DNA of 64,000 bases from an uncultured Candidatus Saccharibacteria bacterium (GCA_964611205.1 CAZSZB010000004.1:12121-76120); one strand, 5' to 3'. Positions 54,497 to 63,929 are shown, counted from the first letter of the stretch. Translations and numbers: made by a program. The notes: generated from the sequence alone by a model not told the origin.

Positions 54497-55792
54497 ATGA
54501 GTAAGGTATCAAATTTATTAAGTATTCAAAAAAACATCACTAGTCTAATGATCTTGTCGGTGATGTTTTTTGGAATGATGGCTTTTGCCAATACTGCTGA
54601 AGCTAATGATGATTCAGCAACTATTGATGAGCTTAAAACCAAAATTGAAGAACTAACTAAACAAATCACTTCATTAAAATCTCAAATCGGAAATAAAAAT
54701 TATGATGTTGTTGACGTAGTTCCCTCTGGTAACTCTTGGAGTGAGATAACTAGATCGGTTAGTAGGGGAGAAAAAGATAACACTAGAGATAGAAATGTTT
54801 ATAAATTACAAAGTTGTCTCACTATCACTGGTGATTATGATGAAGAGGTGACCGGGTTCTTTGGCCCTGCTACCGAGGCAGCTGTTAAGCAATTTCAAGC
54901 TCGAGAAGGAATTGTTTCTACAGGTAACGCGCTAGCCACAGGCTTTGGTCATGTCGGTCCGCGTACCCGTTCTCTTATGAATAACATATGTAAGGACATA
55001 ACAAAATCATCAATTCAAACTGAATCTACTGAAGCAGTTAGTCAATCAAATAGGTGGGAAAAATCAGACCCGAATCATAAGAGGTCTGATAAAGAAGTAC
55101 AAAGAGAGTTGGGGGAAAATAAACCGTTAGAAAAACGTTCAGACTATTCAAGAGTAATCGATTCATTTTTAGGTAGTCCTTCTAAAGCAATTCAATCAGA
55201 ATCTGTTAAAAAATATGCTGCTCCAGCAAAAAAGAAAACTGACGTACCAGTAGAATCAAATGACTCCGCTGAGCAATCATCAACTAGTTCAGATCAGGAT
55301 CATAGCTCGAGACCAGCTGTTAAGAGTGACAATACTCTTTGTTCATCTGTTCAATACACATCAAGCGGAAAGTACAGGATAGTTTGTGAAGATAATTCAT
55401 CTACTTTTACACAGCGAAAGTCTATAAGTGATATTGAAACTTCTAGTCAAGGTATCCCTGCTAAAGGTGGTGCTGATGCAAAAACAACGGCTGAATTGAA
55501 ATCTGACATCGAATTGATGTTTGAAAAAGTTGGTGCCTTAGAGCGTCGTGCTAAAAGTCTAAATATCAACAGGTCTTGGTTTTCTGATACCAGAACAGAA
55601 GTTACTAACTCTGGTTCAAGTAGCACAAGTCCTGCTCAATATAAAGGACAAGGACGATGGAATTCAGGGACACCAAGTTCTAAAGGAGGTCAGGTCAGAG
55701 GAGTATCTACTTCTAATCCAATGGCCGAACTAGCAGAAAAATTTACTGAACTCGGAATAGCCTTGTCTGAATTAGAAGAAACATTGAAATAA
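54497..55792 (+). CDS. Secreted coiled-coil protein with a peptidoglycan-binding domain (PG_binding_1-like)
   Basis: It has a signal/anchor sequence, a coiled coil, the VYKLQSCL..GDYDEEVTGFFGPATEAAVKQFQAREGI motif, and a Ser-rich tail. Confidence 0.6.
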   Translation: MSKVSNLLSIQKNITSLMILSVMFFGMMAFANTAEANDDSATIDELKTKIEELTKQITSLKSQIGNKNYDVVDVVPSGNSWSEITRSVSRGEKDNTRDRNVYKLQSCLTITGDYDEEVTGFFGPATEAAVKQFQAREGIVSTGNALATGFGHVGPRTRSLMNNICKDITKSSIQTESTEAVSQSNRWEKSDPNHKRSDKEVQRELGENKPLEKRSDYSRVIDSFLGSPSKAIQSESVKKYAAPAKKKTDVPVESNDSAEQSSTSSDQDHSSRPAVKSDNTLCSSVQYTSSGKYRIVCEDNSSTFTQRKSISDIETSSQGIPAKGGADAKTTAELKSDIELMFEKVGALERRAKSLNINRSWFSDTRTEVTNSGSSSTSPAQYKGQGRWNSGTPSSKGGQVRGVSTSNPMAELAEKFTELGIALSELEETLK

Positions 55793-55809
55793 AACTTTAA
55801 TAGATAAAA

Positions 55810-55848
55810 ATAAAAACGACCTAGTGAACTAGGTCGTTTTTATTTTAT
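55810..55848 (+). terminator. Intrinsic terminator
   Basis: Stem AACGACCTAGT, loop gaa, stem CTAGGTCGTT, then TTTTATTTT. Confidence 0.7.
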
Positions 55849-55925
55849 GATTTATTACCAACAGTGGTATTAGTTTGTTTATTACAACTAAAGACTACAG
55901 AGGTAGCTAAGTTAAACAATACTTT

Positions 55926-55998
55926 GTCCGCCGGCTTGGACTCGAACCAAGGACCACGGAGGTATAAGCTCCGCGCTCTACCAACTGAGCTACCGGCG
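55926..55998 (-). tRNA. tRNA with anticodon UAU (reads AUA; tRNA-Ile(UAU) type)
   Basis: Read on the minus strand: CCGCCGG-UA-GCUC-AGUUGGUA-GAGC-G-CGGAG-CUUAUAC-CUCCG-UGGUC-CUUGG-UUCGAGU-CCAAG-CCGGCGG-A. All stems are perfect, U33 and A37 are present, and CCA is not encoded. Confidence 0.75.
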
Positions 55999-56173
55999 GA
56001 CAAAATATTTTTTAAATTTATACAATTCTTGATTTTGTCTCATCTAAAAGCTCAAATAGAGCTATTCGAATCGAACAATAAGCATTGATTCCCAACTGTG
56101 CTACTGGAGCATCAGTTGGTGCACAAAACTATACCTTGTGGCAAAATTTTTTGCAAAAATTTTGCCACCTACA

Positions 56174-56902
56174 CTAATAACCCTTAAAGGGATCACTAAC
56201 TATTTTTTTGATTTCTATTTGCTTACATTTCTTACGTAAAGCCTTGATCATATTTGGTGATCCAGATATATAATAGTCAGCTTCATTGCCATAAATATCC
56301 CGTTGCGCTTCGAGTGCTTGGTTGACCTCCTCCGGAGTATTGGTGTAGATGATTCTTAGTCGCTCAGTTAAGCTGGTCCAATTATCTAGGTCAGACTTAT
56401 AAGGATGATTTTCTTGAGCAGAAAAGATAAGTGTTAAATCTGTTTCTGGTAGGTGTCCATGACTTATTTCATAAGCTAGAGACCGGAAAGGGGTAATCCC
56501 GATACCGCCGGCAATACCAACTATTTTTTGTGTTTCTCCACTGGCATGGAATTCACCAAAAGGCCCACGTATTTTTATTTGTTCACCAGGATTTAGATCC
56601 ATTAATTTCTTCTTAAAATCACTAGGTTCTTTTGGAAAAGATGTCCCGATTCTAATCACACCTTCGTGAGGAGAAGAGGCAATAGAAAAAGCCCGCCACG
56701 TTTTACCCTGAACATCTTTGTCTGGTAGAGTAAAAATCGCGTGTTGACCAGCCTGCCAAGAAAAAGGTTTTGGCATAGAAAAAATAAAAGAAAAGACTCC
56801 TGGAGTCTCTTCTATTTTTTCTTCAAATATAAGTTCACGTACTTTTAATACTCCACTATATGAAACGGGGTGGATTATCGCCCGAAAAAATAAATTGTAC
56901 AT
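56174..56902 (-). CDS. Ferredoxin-NADP reductase-like FAD/NAD(P)-binding oxidoreductase
   Basis: RAFSIAS (FAD-binding RxYS-type) and GGIGITP (NAD-binding) motifs. Confidence 0.65.
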   Translation of the reverse strand: MYNLFFRAIIHPVSYSGVLKVRELIFEEKIEETPGVFSFIFSMPKPFSWQAGQHAIFTLPDKDVQGKTWRAFSIASSPHEGVIRIGTSFPKEPSDFKKKLMDLNPGEQIKIRGPFGEFHASGETQKIVGIAGGIGITPFRSLAYEISHGHLPETDLTLIFSAQENHPYKSDLDNWTSLTERLRIIYTNTPEEVNQALEAQRDIYGNEADYYISGSPNMIKALRKKCKQIEIKKIVSDPFKGY

Positions 56903-56920
56903 AACAAGTATGATAACAGA

Positions 56921-59101
56921 CTACTCCATATGTAGCTCAGCTTTAATACCGGCTACCCTGTGGGCAATTAGAGGGTATGTTTGTGTAAAGTTTGAAGATT
57001 TTTCTACTAGTTTATGAGCTTCGTTACGAGCCGCTTCTACTAGTTTAAGATTTTTGATGGCTTCCATTCCAAGATCGGTCAAGCCAGATTGTTTGGCTCC
57101 GTAGAGCTCTCCAGAACCTCTGAACTGGAGGTCGTGTTCAGCTAATTCAAAGCCGTTCTTGGCTGTCACTAGAGCCTTAAGACGATCTCTTGTTTTCTCA
57201 CTCTTACTCTCAGTCACGGCAAAACAGTAAGGTTGGTGTGTACCACGAATGACACGACCACGTAGTTGGTGCAACTGTGATAGTCCAAATCGCTCAGCTC
57301 CTTCAATAATTATGTTGGTAGCGTTTGGTATATTGACACCCACCTCTACCACTGAAGTTGCTACGAGGATGTCTATTTTATGATCAGAGAACTCTTTCAT
57401 GACTTTATCTTTTTCACTGGGTGTCATCTTGCCGTGTAGTAAGCCAATCTTATATTCGGGGAAGACATCTTTTTCTAACCTCTCTGCTTCAGCCTTAACA
57501 CTTTTAAGGCGCAGAGCTGTGGCTTTATCAGGATCAGGTTCATCGATACGAGGGCATATGACGTAGGCTTGCCGGCCGGTACTTAACTCCTCTCGCACAT
57601 GGTCATACATTTCTTTCTGTTGGCTAGGTCCAATGATTTTAGTGATGATAGTTTTTCGTCCGCTAGGCATTTCATCTAGTAGTGTTATATCTAGGTCTCC
57701 ATATATGGTTAAGGCTAGAGTCCGTGGAATAGGAGTGGCTGTCATAGAAAGTAGGTGTGGCATTCGGGAGTCTTTTTTAGCGAGTTGTTTGCGCTGATTG
57801 GTACCAAAGCGGTGTTGTTCGTCGATAATTACATAAGCCAAGTGTTTAAATTCTACACTTTTATAGATGAGAGAATGAGTACCAATCAGAATCGGAATTT
57901 CACCATTTTTTACCCATTTTAGTAATTGTGCTTTGGATATTTTAGTTGGTTTAGTAGGATCGACTTTGCTCGGAAATTTCATACAACCACTGCCGGTAAT
58001 CAAACCAATTTGGATAGGTAAGTGATGAAAATATTCAATGAAACTTTCGAAGTGTTGTTTGGCAAGAATCTCGGTCGGTGCCATGTAGCCAACTTGAAGG
58101 TTCCCGTATTCGAGCTTTTTGCCGGCCGCCTCCGGCGGCCGGCTCGTGGCTACCGCATAAGCAGTTGTCGCAGCGACCGCTGTTTTGCCGCTACCAACAT
58201 CGCCTTCAAGCAGTCTACTCATGGCGTGACTTCCAGAGAAGTCTTGAAGAATTTCAGTAATAGATTTGTCTTGGCTTTTGGTTAGCTGAAAGGGGAAACG
58301 CTCGGTAAACTCTCTTAAGTGTTTGTCGTCGGTTTTAAACTGATAGGTAGTGGCAGCATTAGCGGCGGCACGATTTAAAGCATTTTGGATTTGGATATAA
58401 AAAACTTCCTCGAAGGCAAACCGCTTCCTCGCACTTTTGGCGTGGTCAGCTTTTTTGGGAGAGTGTATCCACACTAGAGCAGTCTTTAGTTCTGGTAGAT
58501 TATATTTCTCTAGCATGTCTAAGGGTAGAGGGTCATTTAAGGTTTCTAAGATTCCTTTTTCAAAACATTTCAAAACTGTATGGTAGAGCCATTTGCTAGT
58601 GATGCCTTTGGTTTCCCGATAAACAGGATATAGGGTGTCATCGGCTTCGGCGTCAGTCCCAACAAAGAGTGAATCGTGACGATCGATTGGTAGGGAGTCC
58701 AGCTTCTCGACTTCAGGGTTAGCAATATATAACTTGTCACCACTGCCGGTGACTTTTCCCGCTATCTTAACGTACATTCCATCACTATACATTTTTGCTA
58801 GATAGGGCTGGTTAAACCACATTATCTTTATCTTGGCCGAACCGTCCTCAATATAGCCTTCAGCAATCGGTTTCCGACTCTTCCAGGCTTTACGGCTCCT
58901 GAGGCCTGATAACTGACCATAGACAACGGCTTCCTGACCTTTCTCTAGTCCGGCAACGGATTGAACATCACTAATATCTTCATAACGAGCAGGTAGATAA
59001 TAGAGTAGGTTCTCTACCGTCTTAATACCTAAACGTTTGAGAGCTTTTTGGTGGGGTAAATCTATTTTAAAGTGACTGGTCAGTAAATCGGTGGGTTTCA
59101 T
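56921..59101 (-). CDS. recG: ATP-dependent DNA helicase RecG
   Basis: 726 aa with GDVGSGKTAVA and DEQHRFG helicase motifs and an N-terminal wedge domain. Confidence 0.9.
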   Translation of the reverse strand: MKPTDLLTSHFKIDLPHQKALKRLGIKTVENLLYYLPARYEDISDVQSVAGLEKGQEAVVYGQLSGLRSRKAWKSRKPIAEGYIEDGSAKIKIMWFNQPYLAKMYSDGMYVKIAGKVTGSGDKLYIANPEVEKLDSLPIDRHDSLFVGTDAEADDTLYPVYRETKGITSKWLYHTVLKCFEKGILETLNDPLPLDMLEKYNLPELKTALVWIHSPKKADHAKSARKRFAFEEVFYIQIQNALNRAAANAATTYQFKTDDKHLREFTERFPFQLTKSQDKSITEILQDFSGSHAMSRLLEGDVGSGKTAVAATTAYAVATSRPPEAAGKKLEYGNLQVGYMAPTEILAKQHFESFIEYFHHLPIQIGLITGSGCMKFPSKVDPTKPTKISKAQLLKWVKNGEIPILIGTHSLIYKSVEFKHLAYVIIDEQHRFGTNQRKQLAKKDSRMPHLLSMTATPIPRTLALTIYGDLDITLLDEMPSGRKTIITKIIGPSQQKEMYDHVREELSTGRQAYVICPRIDEPDPDKATALRLKSVKAEAERLEKDVFPEYKIGLLHGKMTPSEKDKVMKEFSDHKIDILVATSVVEVGVNIPNATNIIIEGAERFGLSQLHQLRGRVIRGTHQPYCFAVTESKSEKTRDRLKALVTAKNGFELAEHDLQFRGSGELYGAKQSGLTDLGMEAIKNLKLVEAARNEAHKLVEKSSNFTQTYPLIAHRVAGIKAELHME

Positions 59102-59216
59102 ACTGTATATAGTAGCAGACTAGACATTGTATACGATAAAGTCCCAATATTGACATTTAATTATTTTAGTACATAATCTTGGCCAGAACTGAATTATGTA
59201 GAAGAGGGGATACAGG

Positions 59217-59741
59217 ATGGATAATCCTACAGACTATCTGAAGAAATACATGAAGAAACATCATCCGAAGCTGGAGATGAGTCTCGTGTACTCCCAGAGT
59301 CGGGACAAGGCAGTGTATGGCTGGGGCCATACGAAACTGAGAAGTGGTTTTTGGGATTTCCGGATGATGATACCCCGAAGTGCCCCAGAAAACGGCCGTC
59401 CGCTTTGCAACGTGGTGAAGTATAATATGGAAATTGTCTGGCAGTTCGAAGAGGACAGCCAGCAGTATCAGGGCCTTTGGAGGAAAGAACGGGTTCATCT
59501 TTACGAAAAAGATGTCGATGGCCAAGCCTATTTCTTTTTGGTGAATGTTCTGGAAGGAACTCCAGATTTCATTCATCGTGTCTTCCGGCCTAACGGCGAT
59601 GAGCTTTCTCTAGAGGTGGAGGTCTTGCTTAAGGAAGAGCTGCGAAAGTGGGGGATGGAGGTGACACTCTCCCCTGAAGAAAAACTGACCTGGGATAGGT
59701 TGATGAATCCCAAGACCAAGGCCAAAAGCCGGGCAGGGTAA
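59217..59741 (+). CDS. Hypothetical protein in a GC-rich (~50%) segment
   Basis: 174-aa ORF with atypical composition and its own strong terminator. Confidence 0.45.
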   Translation: MDNPTDYLKKYMKKHHPKLEMSLVYSQSRDKAVYGWGHTKLRSGFWDFRMMIPRSAPENGRPLCNVVKYNMEIVWQFEEDSQQYQGLWRKERVHLYEKDVDGQAYFFLVNVLEGTPDFIHRVFRPNGDELSLEVEVLLKEELRKWGMEVTLSPEEKLTWDRLMNPKTKAKSRAG

Positions 59742-59767
59742 TCCGACCTGCTTTCCGTCGCACTTGC

Positions 59768-59810
59768 AACACCCGCCGTTTCGAAGGAAACGGCGGGTGA
59801 ATTTTTATTA
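59768..59810 (+). terminator. Strong intrinsic terminator
   Basis: 13-bp stem CACCCGCCGTTTC, loop gaag, stem GAAACGGCGGGTG, then AATTTTTATT. Confidence 0.75.
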
Positions 59811-59878
59811 TATTTTTAAAAGCAGTAATGGCAGGTTATACTATGGTCTGTTTATTTCGTTAGATTTTATTTGCACCC

Positions 59879-61027
59879 ATGGCACAAAAAAAAGATTACA
59901 ATAAAATGGCTTTAGCTTTGCATAAGAAAATGCGCGGAAAGCTTGGTGTGGTTAGTAAGGGAAAGTTAAAAACCAAAGATGATTGGAGTACGATGTATAC
60001 TCCAGGAGTAGCTGCAGTTTCTTCACATTTGGCTCAAAACCCCGCCGATACCCCTAAATACTCTATGAAAGGCAATACTGTAGCGGTAGTGTCGGATGGT
60101 TCAGCTGTCTTGGGGTTGGGAAATATCGGACCTTTAGGCGCGCTACCGGTAATGGAAGGTAAGTGCGTTATTTTCAAAGAGATGGCTGGAGTTGATGCTT
60201 GGCCACTGGTGCTTGATACACAAGATACTGAGGAGATAATAAAGGTAGTAAAAGCGATTGCTCCGGGTTTTGGCGGCATAAATCTCGAAGACATTAGTGC
60301 TCCTCGTTGTTTTGAAATAGAGGAAAGGTTAAAAAAGGAATTAGATATTCCAGTTTTTCACGACGATCAACACGGCACAGCGATTGTTGTCACGGCTGGT
60401 CTGATAAATGCTGCTAAGGTAATAGGGAAGAAGTTTGAGACTTTAAAAGTAGTAATTGTAGGAGCGGGAGCGGCTGGTAGAGCTATTGCTTTGCTTTTGA
60501 GTAAAGCAGGAGTAGAAAATTTAATGGTAACAGATAGCAACGGCATAATTTATGAAGGGAGGACTGGCCTTAATAATTTCAAAAAAGAGTTAGCCAAAAA
60601 AATAAATCACGATAAGATAAAAGGCGATGTTCTAACCGCCGTCACTGGAGCTGATGTAATAATCGGAGTCTCTGGTCCAGGTACAATTAGTAAACATCAT
60701 ATCGAAATGATGGCTGAGAAACCGATTGTGTTTGCTTTAGCCAACCCTATTCCAGAAATTAAGCCAGAGGATGCTAAACAAGCTGGAGCGGTGGTAGTAG
60801 CCACTGGTCGTAGTGACTATCCAAACCAGGTTAATAATTCCTTGGTCTTTCCAGGTATTTTCCGTGGGGCTCTAGACAAAGGAGTTAATGATATAACTGA
60901 TGATATGAAATTAGCAGCTGCTAAAAATATCGCCGCCCTTGTGAAAAAACCAACCGCCAGTGAGATAATTCCTAGTGTCAATCATCCGGATTTGGTGAAG
61001 CGAGTAGCCAGTGCTGTGAAAAAGTAA
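59879..61027 (+). CDS. NAD(P)-dependent malic enzyme, short form
   Basis: 382 aa with malic-enzyme N-terminal and NAD-binding domains (VIVGAGAAG). Confidence 0.85.
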   Translation: MAQKKDYNKMALALHKKMRGKLGVVSKGKLKTKDDWSTMYTPGVAAVSSHLAQNPADTPKYSMKGNTVAVVSDGSAVLGLGNIGPLGALPVMEGKCVIFKEMAGVDAWPLVLDTQDTEEIIKVVKAIAPGFGGINLEDISAPRCFEIEERLKKELDIPVFHDDQHGTAIVVTAGLINAAKVIGKKFETLKVVIVGAGAAGRAIALLLSKAGVENLMVTDSNGIIYEGRTGLNNFKKELAKKINHDKIKGDVLTAVTGADVIIGVSGPGTISKHHIEMMAEKPIVFALANPIPEIKPEDAKQAGAVVVATGRSDYPNQVNNSLVFPGIFRGALDKGVNDITDDMKLAAAKNIAALVKKPTASEIIPSVNHPDLVKRVASAVKK

Positions 61028-61034
61028 CGACCTA

Positions 61035-61080
61035 AAATCAAGTACGTACCATAGTACGTACCATGGTACGTACTTGATTT
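61035..61080. repeat. Perfect 18-bp inverted repeat built from GTAC-containing 12-mers
   Basis: AAATCAAGTACGTACCAT, then agtacgtacc, then ATGGTACGTACTTGATTT. The 12-mer agtacgtaccat is tandemly duplicated. Confidence 0.6.
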
Positions 61081-61408
61081 GGAAGCTCTGGGATTAAGCT
61101 TTAACTTCGTCTTAATTTCATTCTTTTTTACTCTGTTAAATTATGGTATTGTACTGGCCAGACAAGTGAAAAATAGCCAGAACGTTTTTTTAAAAACACG
61201 TTGGTCAAAGTAATATTGTCTAGTGAATGTTTATACAAACAAAAATACACAAAGTTGGCTAAGTGAATGAAAAGCAAACTGCTTTGCTTTTCATCCGGTT
61301 TGCAAACCTGAGAGCAAAAAGGCCGTTGTGAGCGAATGCGAACAGGTCAAAGGAGGAAACGTAGCCGAACGCCCACTGAAGAACAAGCGTTCTTACAAAA
61401 CAAATAAC

Positions 61409-61495
61409 GGAGAGTTGGCTGAGTGGTCGAAAGCGCCTCACTGCTAACGAGGTAAGGTGTAAAAGCCTTCAAGGGTTCGAATCCCTTACTCTCCG
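61409..61495 (+). tRNA. tRNA-Ser (anticodon GCU), class II with a long variable arm
   Basis: GGAGAGU acceptor stem, anticodon loop CUGCUAA, a 19-nt variable arm, T-arm AAGGG-UUCGAAU-CCCUU, and discriminator G. Confidence 0.8.
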
Positions 61496-61499
61496 CGAG

Positions 61500-61535
61500 T
61501 ACCAAAACCCAAAGCATACCTTTGGGTTTTGCTGT
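61500..61535 (+). terminator. Intrinsic terminator after tRNA-Ser
   Basis: Stem CAAAACCCAAAG, loop catacc, stem TTTGGGTTTTG. Confidence 0.6.
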
Positions 61536-61560
61536 ACCTCGCGAGAGAGTAAGGGATTCG
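61533..61560. repeat. Inverted partial copy of the tRNA-Ser 3' end
   Basis: ctcgcgagagagtaagggattcgaa is the reverse complement of ttcgaatcccttactctc(c)gcgag. Confidence 0.6.
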
Positions 61561-61584
61561 AAAAGCTTTTGAGCTATTTTCAAG

Positions 61585-62064
61585 ATGGCGCAGAAAATAG
61601 CCAAAAGGTATACTGCTCGTGTAACGAGGGGATCCCTTACTCTCCACAAAATCGAGCTAGCGTGGGACAGCGGTAAATATAATTACAAAGATATGAATGA
61701 AATTGAAGCTAAAAAATTTTACGATTTGGAAACAGCACTACATAAAAAAGAAGTACGTAATTCAAGAGAGCAAGTATCTGCATTAATTGCAGATGACTTC
61801 TTAGAGTTCGGAAAGTCAGGTGGTAAGTTTGATAAACAAGATATTCTTACCGGGCTTGAGCAGGAAGCTATTGATTTACAGATTATTGTGTCGGACTTGA
61901 ATGCAAAGGAGCTATCAAAGGATATTGTGCTTGTGACTTATGTAGCCTCAATGCTTGATGAGGATAATTCGACTACTATTTTGACAAACAGAAGTTCTGT
62001 TTGGATGCTACGAGATGGAAATTGGCAGATGGTATTTCATCAGGGTACGAAGAAACAAGACTAA
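61585..62064 (+). CDS. NTF2-like / DUF4440-like small protein; start uncertain
   Basis: The C-terminal ..WMLRDGNWQMVFHQGT.. is typical of SnoaL/NTF2-like folds. The first ~36 codons overlap the tRNA-derived repeat, so the real start may be M37 at 61693. Confidence 0.45.
   Translation: MAQKIAKRYTARVTRGSLTLHKIELAWDSGKYNYKDMNEIEAKKFYDLETALHKKEVRNSREQVSALIADDFLEFGKSGGKFDKQDILTGLEQEAIDLQIIVSDLNAKELSKDIVLVTYVASMLDEDNSTTILTNRSSVWMLRDGNWQMVFHQGTKKQD
61634..61650 (+). repeat. Direct partial copy of the tRNA-Ser 3' end (att-like)
   Basis: gatcccttactctcc compared with the tRNA's aatcccttactctcc. Confidence 0.5.
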
Positions 62065-62118
62065 TTGCATGCGATACACCATTGTATGCTAAGTTTCGCT
62101 ATAATTTTGGATGTACCC

Positions 62119-63645
62119 CTAACGATGTCTATATACCTGTCCAGCGTTTAAAGGTTTTCTCAATAGGTCACCGACGGTAACGAAAGTAAATCCTTGTTTT
62201 CTAAGTTCCGTTATCACTTCGGGAATAGCGGCTACAGTCGGCCCATGAATATCGTGGGCTAAAATGATAGCTCCGCTTTGTGGGGAAGTCATACGTCTAA
62301 CTAACTCAGCATGAGGTGGCAGTTTCCAGTCTTCGGGGTCAACGCTCCAAAGAATAATTGGTCGGTCCACGTGTTTCAGTACTTCGTCATTGAAGGCTCC
62401 ATAAGGTGGACGGAGGTATCGTGGTTTAATCCCTACAATCGAATACAAGAGCTCATCGGTTTGGTGTAGTTGTGCGTCAATGGCGGAGCCTCCCAGTGTC
62501 CGTAAATCTTTGTGGTCCCAAGTGTGATTGCCTAGCTCGTGACCCTCAGCCACAATGCGACTGATAGTATCGGGCTGAATTTTGGCTGATCGACCTAATA
62601 CAAAAAAAGTAGCCGGTACATTATATTCTTTTAGTGTGTTAAGTAGAGTGCCTGTGTAGACGGACGGACCGTCGTCGAAGGTCAGGGCGACGCATTTAGT
62701 TTCGTCGCAGTTTACCTGGCCAGCTGAACTGACATCAGGTATTGTCTGTGGTCTTGGGGCTACCGGGGCCGGCTTCTTTTCTTTTGGTTTAGGTATAGAA
62801 AAAACTTCTTTTACCTCGGGTGCTAGCATATCGGCTACTTGCTCGAGCGGAATCTCCACACTAAGGATACCTTCAGAACCGGCAGCTACTTGATACTTAT
62901 CAAAATAAATAGTCAGTATGCCGTCGTCACTAATTACTAAACTATTGAAGTTTTCAGCTAATGGTTTAGTACCTTCGGTAATGGATTCTTTATTATTTTT
63001 AATATATTCGGCGATGGCTTGTTTTGAACCATCGAGGGTCTCGGCTTTCTCAAGCATGCGAGCAATCAGCACCTCTCGGGAGATTTTTGATAATCTTTCT
63101 AAATAAGATGAATCGGTAAATAAATCTTTAATAGGAATCTCAGCACCAGTTTGACGATTGAAGATCATGGCGAAAGTGTTATCCAGGCCAGTACCGCCGG
63201 TGCTTTGGTATTGATAAAATACAAACGACACATACTTTTCATTGGCGAAGGACACATCGAAGTGTTGTGTATAGTCGGTTACGATAGTATTTGATACTAG
63301 TCCTGTTTCTGTGAGGTATTCTTGGTAGGCCTGTTCTTGACTGAGAGCTGTTTCTGTAAATGATGCGATAAAGTCTAGTGAGAGTTCTTCAAGCGCTTGG
63401 TTGATTTTTGAATTCTCTGTAACGGGATAAGCGACGTTTAATAATGAACGATTATCATTTTCGCGTCGTTCAATCGTTTTTACATTGATGTTGTCGTATT
63501 TGGATGTTTCGGTAGTGGTTACGTCTATGTCTTTTAACGATGGATTATCGCCCACTAAGAAGTAGTTAAAAGCACCCCAACCCAATGCACTCGTAACAAG
63601 CAGTAAGGTTAAAATTAAAGCCAACAGCATCAAGATTTTTTTCAT
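62119..63645 (-). CDS. Polysaccharide deacetylase (NodB-homology, PgdA-like) with an N-terminal secreted domain
   Basis: Motifs ALTFDDGP, HELGNHTWDH and a later H motif, plus a signal peptide. Confidence 0.8.
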   Translation of the reverse strand: MKKILMLLALILTLLLVTSALGWGAFNYFLVGDNPSLKDIDVTTTETSKYDNINVKTIERRENDNRSLLNVAYPVTENSKINQALEELSLDFIASFTETALSQEQAYQEYLTETGLVSNTIVTDYTQHFDVSFANEKYVSFVFYQYQSTGGTGLDNTFAMIFNRQTGAEIPIKDLFTDSSYLERLSKISREVLIARMLEKAETLDGSKQAIAEYIKNNKESITEGTKPLAENFNSLVISDDGILTIYFDKYQVAAGSEGILSVEIPLEQVADMLAPEVKEVFSIPKPKEKKPAPVAPRPQTIPDVSSAGQVNCDETKCVALTFDDGPSVYTGTLLNTLKEYNVPATFFVLGRSAKIQPDTISRIVAEGHELGNHTWDHKDLRTLGGSAIDAQLHQTDELLYSIVGIKPRYLRPPYGAFNDEVLKHVDRPIILWSVDPEDWKLPPHAELVRRMTSPQSGAIILAHDIHGPTVAAIPEVITELRKQGFTFVTVGDLLRKPLNAGQVYRHR

Positions 63646-63689
63646 GTCACCAGGTTAGCATATAAACGCTATTCTGTACGGGGCTTCAG

Positions 63690-63929
63690 CTACTTTTTAG
63701 AACGGAGAAGATGCAAGTATAGAATTATCAGGAAGGCAAACAAGACCCCAGACAGAAATGGAAATGTGACAAAGCCAAATACTTCCATAACTTTCTTGGA
63801 GCAATCTGCGCTACCGTCAGCTAAGCATGGTACAACACCACTCTGGATTAGTTCCTGGGGTAATGCTTGATAAATATATTGGTAGATAGCGACGAGAAGA
63901 CCAAAGATAGATAACACGATACCGTACAC
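63690..63929 (-). CDS. Small membrane protein with paired Cys (CLADGSADC); function not assigned
   Basis: 79 aa with two transmembrane helices. Confidence 0.35.
   Translation of the reverse strand: MYGIVLSIFGLLVAIYQYIYQALPQELIQSGVVPCLADGSADCSKKVMEVFGFVTFPFLSGVLFAFLIILYLHLLRSKK

Noticed and set aside
55864-56088. Plus-strand ORF 55864-56088 (74 aa)
   Set aside because: It overlaps the minus-strand tRNA(UAU) gene and its flanks and has no coding signal.
61259-61649. Minus-strand ORFs 61259-61441 and 61347-61649
   Set aside because: They overlap tRNA-Ser and its terminator and repeats and are artefacts of the GC-rich RNA gene.
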